64,000 bases of DNA from Camelus ferus (Eukaryota): NCBI RefSeq assembly GCF_009834535.1, contig NC_045711.1:18600001-18664000 (forward strand), given 5' to 3'. The first letter of the stretch is position 1. Each line of letters starts with the position of its first letter. A program made the position numbers and the translations under genes. The notes beneath the pieces are model-generated. The model was given only the letters and a program-made list of their open reading frames with translations, made no database searches and was not told the DNA's origin. This document shows positions 1-10,900 of the stretch, one piece after another.

Positions 1-77
1 CCAGGTCCAGAACGCTCGTGTAGCGGCTGTAGCGGCTCAGGGCATGCAGGGCGCCGGTGCCAGCGGGGGACACGGCT
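1..77 (-). CDS. SMCR8: SMCR8 coding exon 2, 5' part (continues beyond the window)
   Basis: Acceptor TTTCAG (AG at 79-78). Phase matches exon 1 (AG|A = Arg). Reads AVSPAGTGALHALSRYSRYTSVLDL. Intron 78-1095. Confidence 0.93.
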
Positions 78-82
78 CTGAA

Positions 83-102
83 ACACACACACACACACAC
101 AC
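83..102. repeat. (AC)10 microsatellite at the SMCR8 exon 2 acceptor
   Basis: Ten direct AC units at 83-102. Confidence 0.95.
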
Positions 103-1095
103 GTCAGGAGACAGGAGCCCAGGAGGGAAGCCCAGCCCAGTGGCCACTCTCTGCCCATCACCACATTCAGACCCTCCTCACCCCCCACGACCAAGGGGAG
201 AGCCCGGGAAGACCCACGAGGCCCCAACAACTCGCCTCCTGCTGGCCTCTGAGGCCCTAACTGTGGCTTCCCGGTGACTCCCTTGCAGCCATGCCAAGCT
301 TTCCACAGGGCCGCAAAATCGAGGGCCTGTCTGCTCTGCCCGGAACACCCGCCCTCCCTCCTGTACTGGCTCACGCCCATGTCAGACCCATCCAGCCTCC
401 CTGAGCCCCAAACCCCTCCCTGCTCTTCTGCCTTCCTGCTCTGGCCTTGGTCCAGCCCCTTACCTTCCGAACCTCATTCGTGAGGTAGAGAACGGTCCCT
501 AGCCTACCCCGTGGGTCACTGTGGAGGCAGAGGGAGTTGTGCTCAGGACAGCACAATCACCTCAGCCTGCCACTGACCAGTGTGGCGGCTCAGGACCATA
601 CCCCGTACTGCGCCCGGCACGTTGGAGGCAGGCAGACAGTTCATTCGGCGAGGGAAGGAGGCTAGAGTGTCCAGCCTCAGGAAGCAGCCCCCAACAACAC
701 CCTCTAGACCAGGTCTCCTGGAGGATCAGGGATTACCCTGAGGAGTTCGGCAAATGGCTGCTGACCAGCGATTCACCCACCAGGAGGCCAGCAGACCTCG
801 GGCAGCCATGATTTAAAAAAATTCTTCCAATTCATTCTGACACAGTAGGGCACAGACCAGGGCTGGCATTAACTGAGGAACTGCAGCCCTCGAGAGACGG
901 AGCGGGACGTGGGCCCGGGACTGGGAATGATTTCCCAAAAGCGACTCAGTGGGTAGGTGCTGGGCCCGCCTGGAAGCCAGGCCTCCTGGTTCCGGGTCCC
1001 TCACACCGATCTGTGAACCTCCCTGAGAGGGACATCCATCGGAAGCCTCCTCTCCACCTGGCCAGGGCCCATCCCCACCACCCGGAACCAATTAC

Positions 1096-3459
1096 CTCTG
1101 CAGGCCAATAAGCTTCCACTTCTGAAAATCCGAAATATGCAGCGGAGAGGAGACCCAGTGCTTCACAGGTTTGGCACAGCAGCCATAGTTGGGGACAAAG
1201 ATGGACAATGCTGTCACGAGTTTCCTGACCATGGCCTCTTCCTCCCCCAGGACCACAAGTGTCCTCCCGCTGAGTAAGGAGTAGATGGCCGGGTGGGCAA
1301 AGGGGTACTGGCGGATGAACTTTAGGGCGTTCTGGCCAGCCCTCTTCTTATGCCTCTCGGAAGAGGGGCCGGTGGGGTGAGCGGAGGAGGGCATCCTGTC
1401 CGAGCTGGTGGAGGCGACGCTGCTGACACAGCTGGTGCTGTCCGAGTAGTCGTCCAGGCTGGTCTTGCTGCCGTCCTGGCTGGCCAGCAGGTGGCTCGGG
1501 TCCAGCTCATAGGCAGGGAAGCCTTCGGAACTGTGGTCTCGGGAAGAAAGGTTGGAGTTTTCCATGGCGAAGTCCACGTGGAAGCCCTGGTCCTTCTGCC
1601 TGGAGCGCTGCGGGGGGGTGCTCACGACCCCCTCCTCGTCAGAGAGCGTGAGGGCTGGAGAGGAGAGGGGCACCTGCGGACCCCCGGTCTCCTTCCCAAT
1701 GCAGCAGGAGGCATCTGTCTGCAGCGGTGTGTTTTCCACGCTGCCCTCCTCGGCCTCCCCCGGCTCTGGCGGGCTGGTGCCTACCTGGAAGTGGATGGCT
1801 CCCTTGCCGTCGTCCGCATATNNNNNNNNNNNNNNNNNNNNNNNNNNNNNNNNNNNNNNNNNNNNNNNNNNNNNNNNNNNNNNNNNNNNNNNNNNNNNNN
1901 NNNNNNNNNNNNNNNNNNNNNNNNNNNNNNNNNNNNNNNNNNNNNNNNNNNNNNNNNNNNNNNNNNNNNAGGGCACCGTCAGGCTGCCCAGGCTGTCAGA
2001 CTTGGACAGCACAGAGGTGGCCTTCTCGGTGCCCAGAACCTCAATGCTTTCACCGCTGCTGATGCTCCCTTTCATGTCCATGTCCAGGCAGTCCAAGTTG
2101 TCCTGGGGGTCAAAACTGCCCGATTCTGTTCCCTCCACTTCCTTGTACTCCTCATCACCAAGCTCCTGCTCCATCTTGATCAGCACAGACTCCACGCTGG
2201 ACCTGTAGGAGCCCACGCTAATTAACACCTGGGGAATTGGGCATTTCTCCAGAGACCTCGAAGGTGGCCTATCTTGGCTAGGCTCAGCGGGTGCGCTCTC
2301 CTGTCTCACTACCGCCCTGTCGTCAGCCTCTGCAAAGTCTTCAAAGAGAAAGTTGGTCACGTGCTGCTGCTTCAGGAGGGCTCTGTCGATCTGGCTGGTC
2401 AGGAGGTAGCACAGGTCTCCTCTGAACATGCGCTCAATGTGGCTGAGCTGAGCCAGCGTCTGGGTGAAATAGTCAGGTGTCACAGAGCTCCTCCAGGGTT
2501 TTCAACTTCTTGTCAAAACACTTGGTGGACTTCGCTTTGATGAGTTTCGGGGTGTAGGCAGGTCTGCAGGTGTATCGGTCTGTGTCAGCGGACTCTTCAG
2601 GGTCAGAGGTAGTGGCTGCCTGGCTGGGCCGGTCCTGGGTGTACTCTGTCTCCCGGGAACACAAATCGGACCCCTTGGACTTCCGACGAGGGTATGAGCG
2701 GATCTGCTTCAGCAAGTCCTGGTGTTCAATGATGGACTTCTCCACGCTGGCCAGCTCGTTGGCTTTCTCGATGGCCTGAGAGGAGTAAAAGCCTTTGTCA
2801 TTGGCTTTCTTCTGGATCTCCGTTTCCATGTGCAGCACTGTCCTGGTGTAATCCAAGTCTTTCAGTTTCTTCTCGAGTTCCCCAGCAAATGCCTTCCTGT
2901 TGCCTGTTTTTAAGCACTCTGAAGCTTTGGAAAATTCAGCAGAAAGCTCCTGGAACTGCTGCATGATTTTGTGCTGGTCGGCCGAGATATAAGCCATGCA
3001 AAAGGGCCTAACAAAGCCACGGGCCTCCAGGTCGTACAGGGTGAGGTGGTGCACATAGGCAAAGGCTCCCTCTTTGGAGTCTCCCAGCACGACCTTGGAG
3101 TCCTCCACGAAGTTCAGCTTGGGGTAGGCAGAACCAGGGGGATGGCCCACGAAGGATGCCTGGTAATCCACGGACATGATCCGCAAAGAGAAGTAATTGA
3201 GATCGAAAGTACCAAAAACTTTGGTGTCATTGGGGATGGTCAGCAAGGGCTGGGGTCCCACCTGCTCAGAGAACTCGGAAATAAGGATAAAGTCCCGAGA
3301 GAACTTGGCCCCGGACAGTTTGGACCACGGATTGGCTCCTTGGCTGGCGAAGGGAAAGAGCGGCACGGAGTACTCCTCCGGCAGGGCCGGCTCATTGTAA
3401 GGCTCCTCCTCGTACTCGTCCTCTTTGGTGAAGGCCACCACGTCAGGGGCGCTGATCAT
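1096..3459 (-). CDS. SMCR8: SMCR8 coding exon 1 (longin/DENN subunit of the C9orf72-SMCR8-WDR41 complex); apparent +1 frameshift at ~2476 and N gap at 1822-1969
   Basis: ATG at 3459 gives MISAPDVVAFTKEDEYEEEPYNEPALPEEYSVPLFPF...LEELCDT, continuing in the next frame as DYFTQTLAQLSHIE...KWKLIGLQR. Donor AG|GTAATT at 1096/1095. The start at 3618 in the ORF track is an upstream extension. Confidence 0.95.
1822..1969. other. Assembly gap (148 N) inside SMCR8 exon 1
   Basis: Run of N. The reading frame is continuous across it (LTVP...YADD). Confidence 1.
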
Positions 3460-3599
3460 ATTTCCAGATATACGGAGAGAGCATTGAGAGGAAGTGGGAA
3501 ACAATGCGGATGTAGCTAACGCGGGGAAGCCAGGCCTCTGGAGGAGGAAGCAAACTCCTTGCGGTCTTCTTTGCGCCCTCGGGGGTACGAGCTGCCTGT

Positions 3600-4900
3600 C
3601 ACACACCCGAGGACTCAAATTCCCGAAGACCCTCAGAACTGTAGTCCTCCAGGGCCCTCGGAGGCCTCATGAACTCCGCTGGTCGGGAAGACTAGGGAGG
3701 CCGGCTGCCCTTCTCCTCCTCCTCCGGCGACCGCGGCCGGCGCAGAGCACCTGCAGCGAGGTCACTGGCGCTCCCCCTAACCCACCGCGACGGCAACAGC
3801 CCCAGCCTGAGCGGGTGCCCAACGCGGGGCTACGGGCCGCCGCAAGACCACACAAGCGTGGCGGCCCCGACGGCCCGAGAACAGAAACCGTCGAGGCTCC
3901 TCGGACGCAACAACCGAGAATAAGCTACCGCGGCGCCGCCATCTTGGCATCACATGACTTGCGGAGTCGCACCGCGTGACCCGGAAGCGTCTGCGTCGAC
4001 TTCCGATCCAGAGTGCGGCGTCTGCCCAGGGCAGAGCGGGAAGGGAGGGAAGTGCTGTGCGAGTGGCGCGGAGCGCGGGGAGCCCTGGGAGTTGTAGTTC
4101 GCGGCGCTGAGCGGCTGGCGCCGCGGAAGCGGGCTGGGAAGGCGGCCGGAAGCGGGCTGCGCGCGGGGCGGCGGGAGACTCCGGGGCCGGGGGTGCCGCC
4201 TCAGCATGTGCGGGGCCCGGGGATGATCCTCCCGGTCGCCCGCCGCGCGCTCCGCTGGCTGCCGCGGCCCGGGGCCCGGACCCTGACCCGCGCCGCCATG
4301 GAGGTGGCCTTCCGGGGCGTGCGGAAAATCCTCTGTGTGGCCGAGAAGAACGACGCGGCCAAGGGCATCGCCGACCTGCTGTCCGGCGGCCGCATGCGGC
4401 GGGTGAGGCGGCCCCTTGGCGTCGGGGAGCGTAGCGGACGTTTCGCTCGCGTGCTTGGAAGCCTTGGGTGCGCCGGGCACGGCGGGGCCGCCGAGCTCGT
4501 CCGGGCCCCGGAGCCCCGGGGCGGCGCCTTTCTAGGTCCGGGGTGAGCCGGGGCGTCTGCACCGTTACGTTCTGAAGCTCTGCCGGGTTGGGGCCGCGCG
4601 CCAGACTCCTCCAGCCTGTCCTCGCGCCTGCGGGATCCTTCCCACGAAGCGCGCCGTCCCCGCCGCCGCACGCCCGACCCTGCGGCCGGGGCACAGACGC
4701 GGCGACGCCGGGAACGCCGGGCTGAGAGGCCGCGTCGGCACAAACGAACCCCGTGAGACGGGCGGGCTCGGGGCTCGGGGTACGGGGTGTTCTGGACACG
4801 GAGGCGCGAAGGAGCGGCTCGGGGAGAAAGGGTTTGTGAAGGAGGGTCACGGAGGGCCCTCCGAGTCCCTGCCGCCGCTCCTGGGACTCTAAGCGCCCAG
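3600..4900. promoter_or_regulatory. CpG island / bidirectional promoter of SMCR8 and TOP3A
   Basis: Very high CpG density. Divergent ATGs at 3459(-) and 4223(+). YY1-type GCCGCCATCTTG 3935-3946, ETS/GABP-type CCGGAAG at 3981 with further GGAAG copies, ZNF143-type TGGGAGTTGTAGTTC 4086-4100, E-box TCACATGAC 3950-3958. Confidence 0.9.
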
Positions 4901-7900
4901 GGAGAAGGATCCTCTGCTTCGCTCGCTGCTGTGTTCCTCGGGCCTGATACGTGTCTGGGATACACGAGAGTCCGGCGGTATTTGTTGGGTGGATGTTTGG
5001 GCTCAGTCTCGAAGTTTTACCAGGCAGTGGAAGTGGCACGTATAAAGAACATGTGCCTTGAAACAGTTCGGCATGTTCAAACCTGAGAAGTGGGAGTGCG
5101 GGATGGTGGGGGGAGGAGCCAGTGGCAGTAAACACTTTTTGAGCGGATTAGGGATTAGTGTGTTTTGTGTGTTTACCGCCTTGCAGCACACAGATCAGCA
5201 CTTAGTACCTTCCCGGGGTTGTGTGTCGGTCACTTCTATCTCATACCGGGTTTGATCACAATGAAAGGAGACCCCGGAGCCGTTACGCAGTCACTCTCCA
5301 TTCCCCGGTCCTCCCAGCAGCTGTCCCCAAAGATCTGTCTATTCTGGGTATTTCATATGAAAAGATTCGTATAACACGTGGCTTTTTTGTGTCAGGCTTA
5401 TTTCACTTAGCATTTTTGAAACCCATTCATGCTGTGGTGTGTATCATTACTTCATTCTTTTTCAGGGCCGAATAATATCCTGTCGGATAGAGAGCACATG
5501 TGTTTATCCGTTCTTCACTTGGGTTGGCCCCGCCTTTTGGCTGTTGTGAGTAGAGCTGCCGTAAACCTTCATGTACACGCTTTTCTTTGGATAAGTGTTT
5601 TCACTTCTTTTGAATAAGTTCCTTGGAGGGAAGTTGCTGGGCCACAAGTAACTCTATGTTTAACCTTCTGAGGAACTGCCAAACTGCTTTCCAAAAGTGG
5701 CCGAAACATCTTGCATTCTAACCAGTTCCTTTTTCTCCACATTCTGTCAACACTTGTTCTTTTTTTTTTTTAATCATCTCCATCCTAGTGGGTTTGAAGT
5801 ATCTTGTGGTTTTGTCTCTGAGCACCTTTTCATGTGCATTCTGGCCACTATGTCTCCATCTTCTTTGCAGTAATGTCCATGTTTTCTGGCCATTTTTGAA
5901 TTGGATTGTTGGTCTGCTGAGCTGTAAGCGTGCTTTGTGTATTTGGGATACGAGGTCCTTGTTAGATACGTGATTTGCAGGTATTCTGTTTCATACTGTG
6001 GGTTGTCTTTTTGCTTTCTTGGTAGTGTTCTTTGATGCACAAGAAGTTTTAATTTTCATGAAGTACAGTTTATCTATTTTTCCTTCTTTTGTTGGTTAGA
6101 CTTTTACTGTCGTGTCTAAGAAACCATGGCCAGACTGAAGATCAGGAAGATTTGCCCCTTCTTCTAAGAGTTTTAGCTCTTATATTTTAGTCATTGATCC
6201 ATTTTGAGTTAGTTTTTCTCGGTAGTGTAGAGTCCAACTTCATTCTTTTACACGTGGATGTCCAGTTTTTCCCAGCACCGTTTTTTGAAAAGGCCGTCCG
6301 TTTCCCATAGGATGGCCTCGGCATCCTTGTCAAAAATCAGTTGACTATAGACGTTTCTTTCTGGACTGCCAGTTCTGTCCCGTTCTTCTGTATATCTGTC
6401 CTCACGCCAGTGCCACGCTGTTTGCTTTACTGTGGCTTGGTAGTAAGTTTGGAAACTGGGTGGTGTGAGTCCTCCAACTTTGTTCATCTCTTTGAAGACT
6501 TTTTTGACTACTTGGGGCCCTTGCAGTTCCGTATGAATTTACCATCGCAATACTAAGTCTTCCAGTCTGAACACAGCCTGTCTTTCCGCTGATTTAGGTC
6601 TCTCAGCAATGAGCTGTAGTTTTCATTGTGCTTTTGGATGCTGTTGTAAACGGAGCTGTTTTCTTAGTTGCCTTTTCAGATTGTTCACTGCTGTCGGTTT
6701 CTGTCTTTCTGTGTTATTTTCTTCATTGCTGTTGGATTTTGCATGTTGACCTCGTATCCTGCAACTTTGCTGGCTTTATTGGCGTGAAGTTTCACTGTGG
6801 CTTCTTGAGGATTTCTACCTGTAAAATCATGCTGACTGCAAGGGGAGAGAGTTCTGATTCTCTCTTTCCGATCTGAATGTCTTTTATTTCTTTTTCTTGC
6901 CCAGTTGCTCTGGCTAGAACTAGTAATCCCAGATAACGATGGTGGAAACGGGCATTCTTGTTTTGTTCCTGAACTTGGAAGAAGAGCTTCCATCTTTGAC
7001 CATTGAGTGTGATGTTCGCTGTGGGTTTTTTGTAAATGCCACACTTCACTTTGTCGTGAAGGGTGCTGAATTTTTACCAAATGCTTTTTCTGCATCAGTT
7101 GAGAAGAACAGTGTAGGTTTTAAGCATGGGGCAGAGGGGTGGGGATGGTCATATTTGTGCTTTATGAAGTCTCCCTGGCAGTGGGGCACTTGGAGAATGG
7201 AAGGCTTGAGCCAGGGTGACAGTGTTGGGCTTCTGCACCTGGGGGTTAGAGGCCTGAAGTCTAGGGACCTGGGGGCACTTTGCAGGGGAGCAGAGGGAAC
7301 GGAGAGGCAGAGGTGGTGGAAGCAGTCAGTGTGGAAGGTGGAGGTTCACTGTGCTCTCACACATTCTGGTCCTTCCTCCTGGGATGACATTTTGCCTCAT
7401 CTCTCCTGATGAACTCTCTTATCTTTTAAAAGAAAACGGGGGAGCAACTTAAATGTAACCTATTTTGTGACATCTTTCCTCAGTGTCCTCTGCGACCGCT
7501 TCCTTCTCTCGGTGATGACGGTCATGGTCGTCACGGGTCCCGGGATCTAGTTGCCTGTCCCCCTCCCGCGGCCTGTCACTCCCCGAGACAGTGACAGGGC
7601 CTGTTCGTTTGTTTATCTGTCCCTCACAGAGTTTGCTTTGAATGACAAAATCCCTACCTTCAAGAAACTGGAATTCTGATAGAGGAGCCAAGACATCCAC
7701 ACACACAACTCGGAATCAGAGGATGGCCCTGAGCTTTGTAATAGCAAAAACCTGAAATAACAAGAACTAGTGACGGCCGTGGATCCTAAAATAAACTGTG
7801 CTTTCTTCGGTAGATAGTCTGTTATGGAGAAGACTTTCAAACACATATACGAACATATACAAATATACGTACATTTGAGAGAAATTTACCAAAACACTAA

Positions 7901-10900
7901 CAAGAGGTGGAATTTTTCTTTTTTCTTTAACAGTAGTACTTAAACAGTGGTAATTATTGCAGAAAATTCAGAGGACGCAGATACGCATCAAGTGTACCGT
8001 CCCCACTGCCCTCAGTAGCCCCTGTTAATAACTTACAGATCTCGAGGACTTTTCTATGTGTGCACCGTTTTTTCATGGTTTTATTTTTATGTTTAGAAGA
8101 AGGAATCCTAAGACAGAGTCTTGTGGTAGACTGAGTGGCAGCAGTGCGATCTGTCCCCACAGTGCTGAGTGAAGGCGGACCCGCTCTGGTTTTGGTATTT
8201 GTTTTAATAGTGGGGATGGATGGCCCTGTAGGAGGAAAACAGATGCTACATTCTTGGTCAGTCTGCTGGGTCTTTTTCTTTCTCTAGGCTCCAAGTCTCC
8301 CGTAATTAGGGAGCCACCCTTGCCGTGAGCACCTCACCCAAGAGGTGGAATCGCACATGGTTGAGTACCCACTTCAGTTGGGAGCTACAGAGAGGCAGGT
8401 TTGAGGTGCCAGGAAAGACATCTTACTTCCTCAAGACTCTCCTCTGGCAGGGGAGGCTGCCTGGGAGAGCCTGGACCCGGGCCGCACACGTGCTGTTGGA
8501 CAGGCTGTCCCCTGGAGAGTATTAGAGCGGGTTCCAGACTCTTCCCGGGAGAGCCACTTGGGGTGAGCGGGGAGAGGCTGAGTTAGCAGCAGCTCGGCCT
8601 TGTCACAGCCAGAGGGTTTTGGCCCTGCTATGTTCCAGAGGCCGTGTGAGAGTCTGGGAAGGCTTCAGTGCTCTCTTAAAAAGAGGTGGAAGCCATTGGC
8701 TGGACAGTTGCTCTTCTCTAGTATGAAAGGGGCTTGACCAGCAACTGGAGTTTGTAGAGGGGAGTTTCTTTCCTTGGCAACACTAGAGCGGTGCCCTCGT
8801 AGGGATCAGATCCTGAAATAAATTCCTTTTAAGTTTGCTGTTACCCCTCAAAGAGAGCCCCGTTCAGTGGTCCACACTGAAAACTCGTGTCTGTGAGGCC
8901 GGGGGAGAGTCTTCTCCACGTGACATGTCTTGGTCCTGGAAGGTTTCCCCAGGTCCTGCCTGGCCCACGTCTTGTCTCCTGTGCAGAGTGGGTGTGAAAC
9001 TCACATGCTTAGCTACTTTTAATACCTTTGTAGAAGGTGGGGTCTCCCCTGAGAGGGCCTGGTTCTCCCGCAAATGCAGGTAAGGAAGTGCTTTGTAGCC
9101 TGGCTCCCAGGCCCGACTGGGGCTTGTAGCGTTACTGGATTTCAGAGCCAGAGGGACCTTACAGGCAACTTTACTCAAGAATCAATTGAGGTTCAGAAAG
9201 GTGAACGCCCTGCCTCTGGTCAGCTTGTTGGTGCAGCTGGTGTGTGGCCAGAAAGTAGAGATGTGGGGAGAAAGGAGAAGGTCTCGAGAGGATGTCCCAG
9301 TCCCCCATCTGCCGTGTGACCTCGGACGAGTCTGTTCTCATCTGTAGAAAGCTGTTATGTAGTTTTAGCTGAACGCAAGGTCACCTTCCAGCATAAAAAC
9401 TCTGTGGGCTCTACCAAGTGCGTGCTGCTAAGTGTGTTCTAAGGGACCTCTTAATAAGCGGTCTTGGTAATTTTGCCCAGTTTTTATCCGTGGGAAATGC
9501 TGTTGCATTTTCAGCATCCCCACTTGTCTGGGTTTTGCTGGATCTCTATGCTGAGGAATCTTTTGTTTCTTTATGTAATTGATATCTTTTCTTTATTTTT
9601 GTCTTGTGTAGAGGGAAGGACTTTCTAGATTCAACAAGATCTATGAGTTTGATTATCACCTGTATGGCCAGGTAGGTGCTGCAGCGTTCCTGTCGTGTGG
9701 CTCACGTGTGCTTTCAGACCCTTGTGCCATTTTGCTGTTTTTAGTTATGGCTAAAAAGAGCAGCTGTTTACTACAAACCCTCCCTAAACTGCTTGTATTT
9801 TGGAGTTTTTTGGTCAAGAAGAGTTAGTCAGCCTGGCCACTGCCGAGTAGGTTGCTGTCTTTTAAGAGGACCTTTTGTTAGGACCTCCAGATCCTTGGTG
9901 GCAGGTGATCATTTCATGATTTATAAGGAAGTCTCTTTTTTGCAGAATATGGTCCCAAACTCAGCTCTTCAGTGCAAGAAAGCAGCTAACGACAGTAGTT
10001 TGAGGATATTCTAAGTGCTTCAGAGGCTTCTTGGTACCAGAATGAGAATGGGGATTGAGCCACTGTGCCTTTTGGCTTTAAGAGATGTGTTTGGTTTTTT
10101 TCCCAATCAACTGTTTCTGGTTTTAATAGGCTTTATTGTTTTAGAGCAATGTTAGGTTCAGAACAAAATTGAGAGGAAGGTACAGACATCTCCCCCACCT
10201 CCGCCCCTGCACGAGCACAGCCACGTCGTCAGCAGCCCCCCAGGGCTGCTCGTTGCAGCTGGCCAAACTGCGCCCACACACGTCACCCAGAGTCCACAGC
10301 TGGCGTCGGGTTCCCTCCCGCAGTGTGCATTCTGTGGGTCTGGGTGAACGTAAATGACACGGACCCGTTGTCTTCATGTCACGTGGACTGTTTCCACTGC
10401 CCTGACAGTCGTACACTCTGCCTGTTTATCCTTCCTCCCCTCCACCCTTCAATAGAAGTTACTCCCTTTTATTTGAATGATTTGGCAAAATCTAATTGCT
10501 GAAAGACTAACTTGAGTTTTGTTGTCATTCAGAACGTTACCATGGTAATGACTTCCGTTTCTGGACATCTGCTGGCCCACGATTTCCAGATGCAGTTTCG
10601 TAAATGGTCAGTAGGGTCCCTGGGGAAGAGCTTTCTGATTATTATGGTGAGCTGTAAAGTATCACAGGAGTTTCGAGGCATGTTGGTGCCACTGTGTGGC
10701 TTATAATAGTAAGGTGACTGAGTCCATTTGGCTGCTGTGACAAAACATCACACACCAGGTGGCTTTTAAACCGCAGAAGTTTGTTTCTCTGAGCTTTAGA
10801 GACTAGAAGTAGGAGACAGGGTGCCAGCGTGGTCTGGGGAGGCCTGCTGACCTCTCAGCGTGTCCTCATCTGGGGGAGGGTCCGGGGAGCCAGCTGGGTC

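Noticed and set aside
1350-2225. Plus-strand 291-aa and 218-aa ORFs
   Set aside because: Antisense shadows of SMCR8 exon 1, artificially lengthened by the N gap.
3460-3618. In-frame N-terminal extension of SMCR8 in the ORF track (MSPRVCDR...)
   Set aside because: The track start is a non-ATG codon, and the recognisable protein begins at ATG 3459.
3777-5135. 452-aa minus-strand ORF and other long ORFs over the SMCR8/TOP3A CpG island
   Set aside because: Arg/Pro/Gly/Ala-rich low complexity with no recognisable domain; expected where GC-rich DNA lacks stop codons.
6248-7095. ORFs resembling reverse transcriptase
   Set aside because: Frameshifted remnants of an old L1 with a decayed catalytic motif; not an active element or a domesticated gene.
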